A stretch of 64,000 bases of DNA from Sedimentisphaerales bacterium. Its GTDB lineage: Bacteria; Planctomycetota; Phycisphaerae; Sedimentisphaerales; SM23-30. The translations under genes and the position numbers were made by a program. The stretch lies in NCBI GenBank assembly GCA_963663805.2, contig CAXXMR010000003.1, positions 32,001-96,000 of the forward strand, in the 5' to 3' direction. The notes beneath the pieces are model-generated. The model did not search any database, was not told the origin of the DNA, and saw nothing but the letters and a program-made list of their open reading frames with translations. Positions 49,199-60,443 of the stretch are shown here, piece by piece; the first letter of the stretch is position 1; each line of letters begins with the position of its first letter.

Positions 49199-49896
49199 TC
49201 AGTTTTTTTCCCACTTTCCAGAACTGTCCAAACTTTTACAATGTTTTGTACCCGATATGGCCGGAATCGTGGCCGGTTTGATGAATGTCCCTTTATCCCC
49301 GGAATCCGCCACGCGGTCGATGTCATCGGTGCCGGTCTTTTTCGCTGCTCACTGCCTGGGCCAGCAAAATCCGGAAGCCGATTAACACCGTCAGACAATT
49401 GCCCTATGAAGCTATGGGAATAAACATTCATGGTGAGTCTGATATCCCCGTGCCTCAGCAGATCCTGGGCTACCTTGGGCGGTACGTTTGCCGCAGCCAG
49501 GGCCGTAGCAAATGAATGTCTGGTTGAGTGGAAATCGAGTTTGCCGCTGCCCTGGTCCTGATAGTCAATCCCTGCCGCTTCGCAGTCGGCATAGAACATC
49601 CTGGCGGGCTTGTCGGTCAGCTTGAAGGCCTGCGCCCCCGGTAATTTTCCGGCCAAATGACCCCGCAGGGTTTCGGCAAAGTCATCCCGCAAGGGTAATA
49701 CCGCTTCAGTACGGTTCTTGGCGTTCTCACTGCGTATGGTGATGGTTCGCCCCTGAAGGTCAAAATCGCGAACTGTAAGCGTTCGGATTTCATTAGCCCT
49801 TAGGCCTGCCTCAAGGCCTAATCGATAAACCAGGCACCGTTCCGGCCCCGTCAGGCTGTATCTGGTCGGTTCTGTGGCTGTGGCTTGCTGCGTCAA
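49199..49896 (-). pseudogene. N-terminally truncated tyrosine integrase
   Basis: GLRANE, AKN, FHSTRH, LLRHGD, NVYSH catalytic motifs present; no N-terminal domains or good start codon. Confidence 0.8.
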
Positions 49897-50017
49897 GGCA
49901 CTGTCAAACGGGTCAAACAGCCGGATTTGTTGAGGATCGAGACAAATGGGGCAATTTCATAGCTTCATATCGGCACTCCCTCACCATCCGTCAGCGACAC
50001 CGCCCACCGCCCCACCG

Positions 50018-50312
50018 GTGACCAAAACGGTGCTCCCCGGTTCCCGTTTTGGTGCCGGATGACAGGCCGCTGGAGATTATGGCTGTCCACCGCTGGCAAG
50101 ACATGCCTATAACACACCAGCCTACAGTGCACAACTATCTATAAAATAAAAGCTTAGACAAAACAGACAAGCCCCGTCAAATAATGGCAAAAAGCGGGCG
50201 ATGAGAATCGAACTCACATGGCCAGCTTGGAAGCATGAGTAGGTATTATCATAAGACTTTAATAAATAAACAGTTATGTAGCCACCATATTCAAGAGTGA
50301 CCAAAACGGTGC
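50018..50312. repeat. 16-bp direct repeat GTGACCAAAACGGTGC (50018-50033, 50297-50312) plus inverted partial copy (50044-50053)
   Basis: Exact repeats read from the sequence, flanking the tRNA-Gly fragment. Confidence 0.75.
50193..50233 (-). other. 3' half of tRNA-Gly(TCC): attachment-site core
   Basis: CTTCCAA-GCTGG-CCAT-GTGAG-TTCGATT-CTCAT-CGCCCGC-T; 5' anticodon stem strand and D arm absent. Confidence 0.8.
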
Positions 50313-50490
50313 CGGAGACATGACAACAGTAATACCCAGTTGTCATTCTGTGGCAAAAGGTTAGCGACCCACAAATTAACGTCATTTTCAGAGCTTCATT
50401 TAAAATTGTATAAATTTTATTTTGGGCTTGCTTAGGGCCAATCACAGCATATACTTATGCATATTAGGAATCTTATTCTGGAATAGCATA

Positions 50491-51693
50491 ATGATAAAAC
50501 GACATTTACAATCGGTTCTCGAAAATTCAGCGAACTGGTTTCCGGTGATCTCGCTGACCGGTCCCAGGCAATCAGGTAAAACCACGCTAGCCAAGGCGAC
50601 TTTCACCCAAGCTCATTATGTTTCACTGGAAGATCCCGCCCAAAGAAATCTGGCCCTCGAAGATGCCAAGGGATTTTTGAGCCAATTCGGCTCGGATCAG
50701 GTTATCCTGGATGAAGCCCAGCGGGTTCCGGATTTGTTTTCGTACATACAGGGAATTGTAGATGAGCACAATATATTGGGCCAATACATACTTACTGGTT
50801 CGCAGAATTTTCTGCTATTAGAAAAGATTAGCCAATCGCTAGCGGGGCGTTGTGCGATTCATCACCTTTTGCCATTTTCAAAATCGGAACTGCTGGGCAA
50901 AAAAGCAACTGATCTGGAAACCATTGCTCACATCGTTAAATCACCTCGGAAAAAGAAAATAACCGCCAAATTGTTTGATACACTATGGACCGGCGGTTAC
51001 CCGAGAATATACGATAAACAGATCCCTCCCCAACACTGGCTGACAAATTATGTGCAGACATATATCGAAAGAGATGTGCGAAGTATTGTAAATGTCAGCG
51101 ACCTTGAAACCTTTACACGTTTTTTACGATTGTGTGCAGGCAGAAGTGGGCAGATACTCAATCTGCAATCACTAGGTAATGATTGTAGCATAGATGGCAA
51201 AACGGTAAAAAGCTGGCTTTCAATACTTGAAACAAGTTTCATCATAAAGTTATTAAGGCCCTATCACAAGAATTTCAACAAGCGACTCATAAAATCACCC
51301 AAACTTTATTTCCTCGACAGCGGTCTGTTGTGCTATCTTCTGGGAATACAAAAGCCCAACGAATTGTTAATGCATTCATCCCGCGGAGTAATATTTGAAT
51401 CATGGGTTATTGCAGAGTTGTACAAGAATTACTACCACACAGGCAAGCAACCGTATATGTATTATTTTAGAGATTCTAATAATAATGAGATTGACCTGAT
51501 ACTCGAACACGGTGCCAAAACCATCCCGATAGAGATAAAATCCGGCCAAACGATCAACAATAACTTCTTTAAGGGACTTAATTTTTGGAGTAAACTGACG
51601 GGACTAGCTAATTCGCCGGCAGTCCTGATATACGGCGGCGACAGTCCTTCTGTTTTTAAAAACATCAGGATTTTGCCCTGGCACATGCTTTAG
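50491..51693 (+). CDS. AAA_14 ATPase with DUF4143 domain
   Basis: GPRQSGKTT, ILDEAQ, LTGSQ, SLAGR, GGYP, KSPKLYFLDSG, EIDL...IEIK. Confidence 0.9.
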   Translation: MIKRHLQSVLENSANWFPVISLTGPRQSGKTTLAKATFTQAHYVSLEDPAQRNLALEDAKGFLSQFGSDQVILDEAQRVPDLFSYIQGIVDEHNILGQYILTGSQNFLLLEKISQSLAGRCAIHHLLPFSKSELLGKKATDLETIAHIVKSPRKKKITAKLFDTLWTGGYPRIYDKQIPPQHWLTNYVQTYIERDVRSIVNVSDLETFTRFLRLCAGRSGQILNLQSLGNDCSIDGKTVKSWLSILETSFIIKLLRPYHKNFNKRLIKSPKLYFLDSGLLCYLLGIQKPNELLMHSSRGVIFESWVIAELYKNYYHTGKQPYMYYFRDSNNNEIDLILEHGAKTIPIEIKSGQTINNNFFKGLNFWSKLTGLANSPAVLIYGGDSPSVFKNIRILPWHML

Positions 51694-51875
51694 CAAGCTT
51701 GCCAATCAAGCTGAAGACAAATAGCCTAACCCCAATTTCTCACTTACCCTCGGCTTTTGACTTCTTTGAGTCAACTTTTATTGCATACTATGCTATAGCC
51801 CTTGTGCGTCTCGTTCTATTTAAATAGGGTTTGCTGAATAACCCAGGCGTCCGCCTTACTAAGCGTACGACCAAC

Positions 51876-52006
51876 CTTTCAATTACCCACAAATATTTGC
51901 CAAGTTGAATCCCAAGTGGATATCGTTTAACCTCCGAAATCCTCGCCACACTACCATATTGCCAGGCGGCGGATCATGTGACCGGTCCAAATAAGGTCGT
52001 CTTGTT
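51876..52006 (-). mobile_element. IS4-family (IS50/Tn5-like) transposase C-terminal remnant with probable terminal IR
   Basis: YLDRSHDPPPGNMVVWRGFRRL; end sequence ctttcaattacccacaa. Confidence 0.65.
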
Positions 52007-52837
52007 TTAGCCCCTAGCTTTCGCGGGTGATTGGCCGCGATGCTTTTTGTATAGTCTGGAGAAGAAATATTGATCTTCATAGCCTAAGTTATGAGCTATT
52101 TGGTATATTTTCATATCAGGTGACTCTGTGAGCCATTTGTCGGCAAGTTTCATTTTTTCTTCAATCACATACTGCTTGAAACTTCGGCCAGTGATTTTTC
52201 GAAAATGCTGGGTAAAACTGGATGGGCTCATGTTCAACATATTGACAGCATGACCAAGTGTGATTCTATGTTGCGGATTTTCATCCATAAACGAAATAAG
52301 CTTTGAAATCGCGTCACTGCTTTGAGTGGTTATCAAATGCTGAGACATAATCTGACTGGTCAAAAGCGAAAACAGTTCAATTATGTCGTTTATTTTATCC
52401 TGATGATAGTAAGGAGCCTCAAGAAAAGCCTGCTCCAGGAGATTATTGCCGGTTTTATCCCGCCAAAGTTTGAGAATATCAGGGGGACACTTATCCTGGT
52501 TACGAAACTGGCCTATCATAATATAACCGATATTTTTTTCTACGATGTTAACCGGCAGAACCGCTTCAATCATACCGGCATAACAAGTATAGACTATCAG
52601 CTCAGATTTTTCTTTTGATTCCAGTTGTTTCTCCAAATCATTTTTGCGACAATTCTGAACCAGTCCCAGTTCGCAACGCAACATCCGACAATAATTACAC
52701 AAATCTCGTCCGGCCCCAGCCATTACCTCCCGGCCTTGAGCCGAGAAAAAGACCATTCTGATATCCAGCAAACGTGTGAAAGTATCGAATATCCGTCTGG
52801 CCTCGCTATGGAAAATAAAATTTATCTGGTCTCTCAT
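52007..52837 (-). CDS. AraC-family regulator with PocR sensor domain
   Basis: CNYC...C...YTCYAGM...IGQFR; C-terminal IAHNLGYEDQYFFSRLYKKHRGQSP. Confidence 0.9.
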   Translation of the reverse strand: MRDQINFIFHSEARRIFDTFTRLLDIRMVFFSAQGREVMAGAGRDLCNYCRMLRCELGLVQNCRKNDLEKQLESKEKSELIVYTCYAGMIEAVLPVNIVEKNIGYIMIGQFRNQDKCPPDILKLWRDKTGNNLLEQAFLEAPYYHQDKINDIIELFSLLTSQIMSQHLITTQSSDAISKLISFMDENPQHRITLGHAVNMLNMSPSSFTQHFRKITGRSFKQYVIEEKMKLADKWLTESPDMKIYQIAHNLGYEDQYFFSRLYKKHRGQSPAKARG

Positions 52838-52950
52838 GATGGCATTTTAATGATTTTCTGGCAAAAAGTCTATCTTTTTTGTCGATAAAGCTATTTTTCA
52901 CTGACACCTTTGCAAGTATGGTCAATATTACAATAACTAAAGGGTATACA

Positions 52951-54471
52951 ATGGCTTATCTAGGGATTGACATAGGCACCACGGGCGTAAAAGCAGTTAT
53001 TTTTGGTAACAACGGCTCGGAACAGAGTTCTGCTTATCGGGAATATTCCCTGCTTTCGCCACGACCGGGCTGGTTTGAGCTCAACCCTCAACAGATTATC
53101 GACTGCTGCAAACAGGTTATTGGAGAATCGGCCTGCCAGCTTCCTCCGAAAAACAAAATCAGGGCAGTTGGCATATCCAGTCAAGGTGAGGCTTTTACAC
53201 TCCTGGATAACAACGGTGACTACTTATGCAATGCAATGGTATCATTCGACACCCGCAGCACGGAGCAAGTCATCTCCACTCAAGAGGAATTTGGGAGGGA
53301 ACGCCTTTACGACATTACCGGCCATAGCAGTCACACTTTATTCAGCCTGTTTAAGCTACTTTGGATAAAAAACAATCATCCAAAGGCTTTTAAAAAGGCC
53401 AGACATTTTTTGTGTATGGGTGATTTACTGCGTTTTGTTCTGACCGGCAATTCCATAACCAGCTACAACCTCGCTGCCCGCACCATGCTTTTTGACGTAA
53501 AGGCAAAACAATGGTCCACTGAAATACTTGATTATGTCGGCCTGAATCATAATGTCATGCCCCAAGTCGCCCCCTCGGGCAGTTCGGCGGGATTGATTAA
53601 ACCAGAAATTGCCGAAGAGTTGGGATTGGAAAAAGATGTTATCGTCGCAACCGGTGGACATGACCAATGCTGCGGGGCCCTGGGAGTTGGGGTATTTGAA
53701 AAAAATGTCGCGGCGTACAGTCTGGGTACTGTGGGATGTATTACGCCGGCCTTTTCCGATTGCGTACTTAATAAGACACTGATGGATGCCAACCTGGCAA
53801 CTTATCCACATACCGTAGAAAACTTATATACAACAGTAGCTTTTTGCACAACAGCGGGTAGCGGATTGAAATGGTTCAAAAACAATTTCGGCCAGGCAGA
53901 GATAGAGCGGGCAAGACGTTCGGAGCAAAATGTGTATGACGTACTACTAGAGCAAATTCCCCCAAAGCCCACAAACTTGATGTTTTTACCCCATCTCTGC
54001 TCAACAGGTACGCCATATTTTGAACCGAACCCAATGGGAGCGGCTCTGGGCCTGAAACTATCTACCACCAAGGGAGACATTTTGCGGGCTTTATTGGAGG
54101 GGATTTGTTTTGAAATGAACGTCAATTTGAACTTACTGAAAAAATGCCAAATCAATATCGACGAACTCCGCGCATTTGGCGGAGGTACGGCAAGCCCGGC
54201 ATGGATGCAAATTACGGCTGATATTTTTGATATGCCCATAACTATTGTAGAAGTTCAGGAATCCGGTTGCATGGGGGCTGCTATGCTGGCAGGTTATGCC
54301 CGGGGCGAGATTGATTCACTAAGTAAATGCTGTGAACAATGGACAAAAATTGGACGGGTCTATGAGCCGGGCGGAGAAAACGCGGCCATATATCGTCAGA
54401 AATTTGAAGTATATAAAGAACTGTATCAGAACCTTACGTCAGTAAGGGACAAATTAAAAACACTCTATTAA
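52951..54471 (+). CDS. FGGY-family carbohydrate kinase (xylulokinase-like)
   Basis: LGIDIGTTGVKA, GGHDQCCG, SLGT, RALLEG, FGGG. Confidence 0.9.
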   Translation: MAYLGIDIGTTGVKAVIFGNNGSEQSSAYREYSLLSPRPGWFELNPQQIIDCCKQVIGESACQLPPKNKIRAVGISSQGEAFTLLDNNGDYLCNAMVSFDTRSTEQVISTQEEFGRERLYDITGHSSHTLFSLFKLLWIKNNHPKAFKKARHFLCMGDLLRFVLTGNSITSYNLAARTMLFDVKAKQWSTEILDYVGLNHNVMPQVAPSGSSAGLIKPEIAEELGLEKDVIVATGGHDQCCGALGVGVFEKNVAAYSLGTVGCITPAFSDCVLNKTLMDANLATYPHTVENLYTTVAFCTTAGSGLKWFKNNFGQAEIERARRSEQNVYDVLLEQIPPKPTNLMFLPHLCSTGTPYFEPNPMGAALGLKLSTTKGDILRALLEGICFEMNVNLNLLKKCQINIDELRAFGGGTASPAWMQITADIFDMPITIVEVQESGCMGAAMLAGYARGEIDSLSKCCEQWTKIGRVYEPGGENAAIYRQKFEVYKELYQNLTSVRDKLKTLY

Positions 54472-54489
54472 CGACATTAGAGGAAGACT

Positions 54490-55938
54490 ATGAGACATTC
54501 AGGCAAATCCAGATTCGCGTTGTTTTTTGGTAATCGAGGTTTCTTTCCCGCTGAGCTTATTATTCAGGCCAGACAGGAAATATACAATTGTCTAAAGGAG
54601 CAGGGTCACGAAGTTCTGATTATGGACGAGAGTTTAACTCGGCATGGTGCGATTTCAGACAAATCAGACGCGGTCAAGTACGCAAATTTCCTGAAAAGTA
54701 ACGAAGGAAAGTACGATGGCGTAATTCTTTCTTTACCAAATTTTGGTGACGAAAGCTCAGCGGTTGAGGCTTTGCGACATACCGGCGCACCGATTTTCAT
54801 CCATGCCTACCCCGACGACCTTAAAAAAATGGCAGCCCAGTATCGCCGTGATGCTTATTGCGGCAAGTTCTCGGTAATGGATGTATTTTATCAATACGGT
54901 ATTAAGTTTACCAGTCTTGTGCCTCATGTCGTTGACCCTGCCACAGAAGTATTTCGGTTGAATATAGAACATTTTGATCGGGTCTGCCGTGTGGTAAATG
55001 GTTTTAACGACATGGTAGTCGGTGCTGTTGGTTCACGCACCACGGCTTTTAAGACCGTCCGCATCGATGAACTGGCCCTTCAGCAAAACGGTATTACTAT
55101 GGAAGTAATTGACCTGACTGAAGTATTCAGTCGTATGGTAGGGCTTTCTTCCACAAAGGCTGCCTACAAGGATAAAGCCGAAAGACTTCGTAATTATACT
55201 AACTGGCCAGGCGTACCGGATGAAGCATTTGACAAAATTGTACGTTTGGGGGTTGTACTTGACGGTTTATTTGAAGAATGGAACCTGGATGCGATGGCTT
55301 TCCGTTGCTGGATAGAACTTCAACGGCAATTAAAAATTTCAGCCTGTGTCCTGCTCAGCGAAATGAACGACCGGAAACTCCCGGTTGCCTGCGAAGTTGA
55401 TATTGGCAACGCTGTAAGCCAATATGCCCTTTACCGGGCAAGCGGCGAATCCACAGCGTGCCTGGACTGGAATAATAATTACGGTAATGAAAAGGACAAG
55501 TGTATTCTTTTTCATTGCGGTTCAACCGCTCAATCGTTGATGACAGGCAAGGGGAAAGTCTCGGATCACTCAATGCTCCAGCACGACCCGCAGGTTGGGC
55601 CGAACTGTTCGTTTGGCTGTAATGAAGGCCGAATATCGGCTTTCCCGTTTGGGTTCAGCTCTATGACTACCCGTAACGGCCGACTGGAATTTTATCTTGG
55701 CCAAGGCGAATTTACTAAGGACATAATTCCAGATGATTATTTTGGCTGTGCCGGAGTCGCACAAATCAAAAATCTCGAACAGGTGTTGCATTTTATCGGG
55801 AGGAACGGCCATCGTCATCATGTCAGCGTTACTCCGGGAACCAGACTCGTGCTGCCCTTAAAGGAAGCGCTGGAATATTATTTGGGCTACCAGGTTGCCC
55901 TACCGCAGCAGGCAGGAGACACAACATGTCAATTATAA
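54490..55938 (+). CDS. L-fucose/L-arabinose isomerase-family protein
   Basis: NFGDE, RRDAYCG, AFRCW, ACEVD, LFHCG, RHH. Confidence 0.85.
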   Translation: MRHSGKSRFALFFGNRGFFPAELIIQARQEIYNCLKEQGHEVLIMDESLTRHGAISDKSDAVKYANFLKSNEGKYDGVILSLPNFGDESSAVEALRHTGAPIFIHAYPDDLKKMAAQYRRDAYCGKFSVMDVFYQYGIKFTSLVPHVVDPATEVFRLNIEHFDRVCRVVNGFNDMVVGAVGSRTTAFKTVRIDELALQQNGITMEVIDLTEVFSRMVGLSSTKAAYKDKAERLRNYTNWPGVPDEAFDKIVRLGVVLDGLFEEWNLDAMAFRCWIELQRQLKISACVLLSEMNDRKLPVACEVDIGNAVSQYALYRASGESTACLDWNNNYGNEKDKCILFHCGSTAQSLMTGKGKVSDHSMLQHDPQVGPNCSFGCNEGRISAFPFGFSSMTTRNGRLEFYLGQGEFTKDIIPDDYFGCAGVAQIKNLEQVLHFIGRNGHRHHVSVTPGTRLVLPLKEALEYYLGYQVALPQQAGDTTCQL

Positions 55939-56939
55939 ATCAGGCAGATCAAGCCAGAGAAATTTTAAGATACTACCAAGATGAAAAAATATCGATACCC
56001 TGTTTTTGTGCCGAAAACACTTTTACGATGGAAGGGATTTTAAGAGGCGCTGCGCAAGTAGCTAAAAAAAGTGGAAAGAATCCGGCCTTATACATTGCGG
56101 TCACCGCAAATTATCATGGTCGTCAACAACTAAGAAATTATACCTCTCAGGATAGCACCGAGGAAGGTTATCTAGCCTTTCGCAATGACCTGGAAAGACT
56201 CTGTCGCCATGACGGACCATTCGCTAACGTACAGGTTATTCCCGCTCTGGATCATGGCCAGCCCGACCTGGACGAATGGCTAATTGATAAAGGACGTGAT
56301 TTCTGGGGATGCGTAATGTTTGACTGTTCAACAAAACCTCTGGAAGAAAATCAGCAAATGGTCCACGATTTTGTCAGTCAATACAAAGATTGTTTTGTGA
56401 TCGAAGGATGTGTTGACGAAATCACCGAAGCGGGCCAGGGCGGAGTAAAACTTACGGACCCGCAACAGGCCAAAATTTATATGGACAGTACCGGAGCAGA
56501 CCTGATTGTTGCCAATCTGGGCACCGAACATCGCGTTACCGGAGAGATAAAAAAATATCATAGTGATTTAGCCCGAAAAATCTTTCAGCAAATCGGCCAC
56601 AAAATCGTTCTGCACGGTACGAGTTGTCTGAAACCCGAGGATTTAATTAAACTTCGCAAAGACGGTATCGCGAAGGTTAATATCTGGACAATTTTGGAGA
56701 TAAGCACCAGCCAGAAAATGCTGGTCGAAATGATAAAATGCGTCAATGAAATACTGCCGGAATCAGAAATCACTGCGTTAAAGCAACAGGGATTGCTGGC
56801 CGATGCCGTAACAAACTTACCGAATCATAATCCCAAACTGGAATGCCTGACCGAAGTATATAGGCGTAACCAAATAAAAGTGCCTTCGATTACCAAAATG
56901 GTCGATTCTTTTATGACGGCATTTGGATATTGCGACTGA
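55926..56939 (+). CDS. Class II fructose-bisphosphate aldolase-family protein
   Basis: LDHG, MFDCS, ANLGTEH, VLHGTS, KVNIWT. Confidence 0.85.
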   Translation: MSIINQADQAREILRYYQDEKISIPCFCAENTFTMEGILRGAAQVAKKSGKNPALYIAVTANYHGRQQLRNYTSQDSTEEGYLAFRNDLERLCRHDGPFANVQVIPALDHGQPDLDEWLIDKGRDFWGCVMFDCSTKPLEENQQMVHDFVSQYKDCFVIEGCVDEITEAGQGGVKLTDPQQAKIYMDSTGADLIVANLGTEHRVTGEIKKYHSDLARKIFQQIGHKIVLHGTSCLKPEDLIKLRKDGIAKVNIWTILEISTSQKMLVEMIKCVNEILPESEITALKQQGLLADAVTNLPNHNPKLECLTEVYRRNQIKVPSITKMVDSFMTAFGYCD

Positions 56940-59553
56940 GCCGCTTGTCAGAAAGGCCAAAAGCAGGCGGGATCAGCGGGGTTGTTGCAATCGAGCCAAT
57001 ATTCCGATAATCCAGCGAAATCATCCATATCGTTCTGGCTAAGCCAGGCTGATGCCATAAGAGCAAGGTCATTGATGTCAACATAACAGTCACTGTTCAA
57101 GTCGGCAGACATAATCAAACCGGCGTCTATTACATCCTGACAAGTCCACTCAGTAATATTTACGCTGATATTATCGCAGACTGTCAGGCTGCCGTTATCA
57201 ACTTCGATATTTAACAAATATGTTCCAGCCTCGGAAAAACTGGCGGTTGTATCCGCGGCATGAGGGTTGGAAAATGTTACAATGGCCTGTGAACCCGGAG
57301 CTTCGACAACGGACCAGGAAATTGTTACCGGCAGAGCATGATGAATAATCGAGGCGTGAAGAACAGCATTTTCCGCTATACTCGCTAAATCGATATCCGC
57401 CCCGGCATCGACATAAATTGGTACGGTATCCGCAAAAAGAAGCTCAACCTCACCAGCGGTCATAGCGTTACGGTATAATCTTATATCATCCAGACAGCCG
57501 TCAAAATCTCCTAATCCCGATTTACCGCCAATAAGGGCCTCAGACCCGTCAAAACCGAACTCTCCCTGAAACACATCTGTTTCAGCGTCAAGAACGCCGT
57601 CAAGATAAAGAGCGTTGGAATTGTTTATAGGGTCGTAGATCGCAACAACGTGATGCCATTTATCATCATTAACAAGAGTAGTACCGTAAACTATGCTATC
57701 GGAACTAATCCATCGGGCACGCTCGGCCTGAGAAGTTACTAATTCAACATCAGTGGGACAAAAATAAATTATCTCATCACTTTCATCAGCAGGTACTTTA
57801 AGCCAGGCTGAAAGGGTATAGCCGTAAGTTAGATCCTGCGATTCGGATTCCAATATACTCCACTGGGCCGGCGTGGAGTAAAGATTCGCCGCACCGGAGC
57901 TTCCCCAGATATAACCAGAAACAGCCACGGGATTTGCGATGGAACAGACAGCATCATAACCATTACCTGTCATATCAAGCATGTCTGGCGAAGAGGCAAG
58001 CCCGTCAAAATTCCAATGGGATATTAACTGAGGAGTCAATGAGCTATAAACGTAGATTTTGACCGTGTCATCCATAACCCGGTCATACTGGACAGCGGTA
58101 ATTTGTAATTCATATATTCCTGGCGCAGCAAATGTAACAACAGGGTCCTCAATCTGCGTATCGGAAAAAACCGCGGAGTCAGGCCCGCTAATCTGACTCC
58201 ATAACACAGATGTCCAGGTACCCACAATTTCAGCATTCAGATTATAACTACCCAAACAAGTGAAATCTCTCGGGCCGGCATCTATCTGAAAAGGGTTATC
58301 TGAAGCGTAAAGCGACTCAACTTCGCTGTCACTGAAAGCGTAATTATATATTTTAATATCGTCGATATCACCGTTGAACTGATTGCTCAGATACTTATTA
58401 TTAGCGATATAACTCTTATAGCCGGTAAAACTAAACTCTGAATAAAGAGCATCGGAGGTGTTGATTAACTGACCATCGACATACATACCCGAGTAATTAT
58501 TCAACGGGTCGTACACACCTGTAAATAAATGCCAGCGGTCGTCATTATAGTAATTGGGCGTGCTGTATATTGTACCGGTTGGCTTAATGAATCGAATCCT
58601 GCCATCAGTCATGAAGGATAAATCTAATTTACCATCCTCGATGCTAAGGGCTCTGGTAAAATCAGCCGACACACCGGAATCCGGCAATCTAAACCACAGG
58701 GTAATCGTCACCCCATTGGCAAGGTCACGAATGTCGGGATGAAGCGATGCCGATTCGCCAATTTGCCAATACACAGAGGGCTCTCTGGTCCTGACAGCGG
58801 CAGTGCTTCCATACATAAAACCCGCAACAGTGTTGACTGAACTGCCCGAACAAACTGTATTATAACCATTGCCGGTCACATCGGGCACATCGGCTGTAAC
58901 AGCAGCATTGTCAAAATCCCAATGGGCCAGTAAATGTTTATCCGAAGCGGAAATTATGACGGTATCACAAAGCTCGACACAACCAACCGTCACAGACAAC
59001 TCAAGCTCATAAATACCTGACAAGTCAAACTGCACATCAGGATTGACAACAGAGTCATCAGAAAAATCGGCGGTGCCGGGCCCACTGATTTGCGACCATA
59101 ATATAGCATCGTACTCACCAGAGACGATACCATTCAGCGAAAACAAGCTGTTTAGCGGGGCCAATTCATCAGAGCCGGCATAAACAAAAAGCGGGATAGC
59201 ATCCTCAAACATAGCAACTATCTCAGACTCGCTGAGAGGGTAATTATAAATCCGTATCTCATCCAAATCGCCATTGAACTGATTGCTTAGATATTTATTA
59301 TTAGCAATATAGCTTTTATATCCCGTAAAGCTGAGGCTTGATGTCGCCGCGGTATCGGAATTTATAAGTAAACCATCGACATAGATCGCTGAAAAATTCT
59401 GCGCCGGGTCATAGATTCCCACAAAAAAGTGCCAGCGGTTATCATTAAAGTAATAGTGTCAATGGGCGCTTGAAAACCGGCCAGGTTGGGGCGCTGCAAA
59501 ACCGGCCACTTTGATTATGGGTTTATAAATGTTGGTGGGGGTTTTTGCAAGGG

Positions 59554-60318
59554 TTAATCTTCTTTTTTTGGATTTTCGGGGTCGGATTGCTTTTTCTTGT
59601 TTTTCAGACGATAGCTTCTGCCGGTGATTTGGACTATTTCGGAATGATGCAGGAAGCGGTCCAGGATGGCGGTGGCTGAGGGCACATCGCCCAGAAGTTT
59701 GCCCCAATCTTCCAGCGGGCGGTTACTGGTCATGATTGTCGAACGGACTTCATATCTTTGCATGATCACTTCAAAAAGATACTCGCCGCTGTTTCGGGGC
59801 AATTGTTTCATGCCCATGTCATCGATTATCAGCAGGTCGGGTTTCAGATACTTCGCCAAAACTTTGTCTATCTGTCCCAAAGCTTCATCCTGCATAAAAT
59901 CGCGTACCAGATCGAAGATCGAACGATAGCGAACCGTATGGCCGTTCTTAATTGCCTGATAACCCAAAGCCTGGGCCAAATGACTTTTGCCGGTGCCGGG
60001 TGGTCCCAGGAATAATATATCGTTGCCCTGACGGATAAATTTGCAACAGGCAAAATCGTAGATCTGTTTTCGTTTAATGGTATTGTTGAACTGCCAGTCG
60101 AAATCTTCCAGGGTTTTTAATTCTCGAAACCCGGCCTGCTTAATTCTTCTCTGCATGAGTCTTTCATCTCTAATGAGAAGTTCATCCTGCAAAATCAGTT
60201 CTAAAAACTGATCGTATGAAAGCTGATTACCTACCGCTTCCTGGATACGAATTTCCAGCGAAGATGCCAGGCCGGACAATCGTAATTTCCTTAACGATGT
60301 TAACAATGATTCCTGCAT
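59554..60318 (-). CDS. istB: IS21 helper ATPase IstB
   Basis: GPPGTGKSH, LLIIDDMG, TSNR, AILDRFLHH, GRSYRL. Confidence 0.95.
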   Translation of the reverse strand: MQESLLTSLRKLRLSGLASSLEIRIQEAVGNQLSYDQFLELILQDELLIRDERLMQRRIKQAGFRELKTLEDFDWQFNNTIKRKQIYDFACCKFIRQGNDILFLGPPGTGKSHLAQALGYQAIKNGHTVRYRSIFDLVRDFMQDEALGQIDKVLAKYLKPDLLIIDDMGMKQLPRNSGEYLFEVIMQRYEVRSTIMTSNRPLEDWGKLLGDVPSATAILDRFLHHSEIVQITGRSYRLKNKKKQSDPENPKKED

Positions 60319-60443
60319 GTTTGTGCTCCTTGATTTGAAGGTTAGTAAAACAAATATTCCGTTTTCCCTTCTCGCCCAAAGGTGGAGGTTAAATGGCGGG
60401 GTTTGGGGCCGGCCCCAAGTAAAAATAGTTGCCGCAGGCATCC

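Noticed and set aside
50193..50233. Functional tRNA-Gly gene
   Set aside because: 5' half missing; treated as an att core.
50491..51693. AAA_14/DUF4143 ATPase as an anti-phage system
   Set aside because: Common multi-copy island gene with no partner genes; nothing here supports a defence role.
52007..52837. PocR-AraC as the regulator of the GCGCA-N16-GCGCA boxes
   Set aside because: It lies in a separate island over 30 kb away and its own divergent promoter region lacks the motif.
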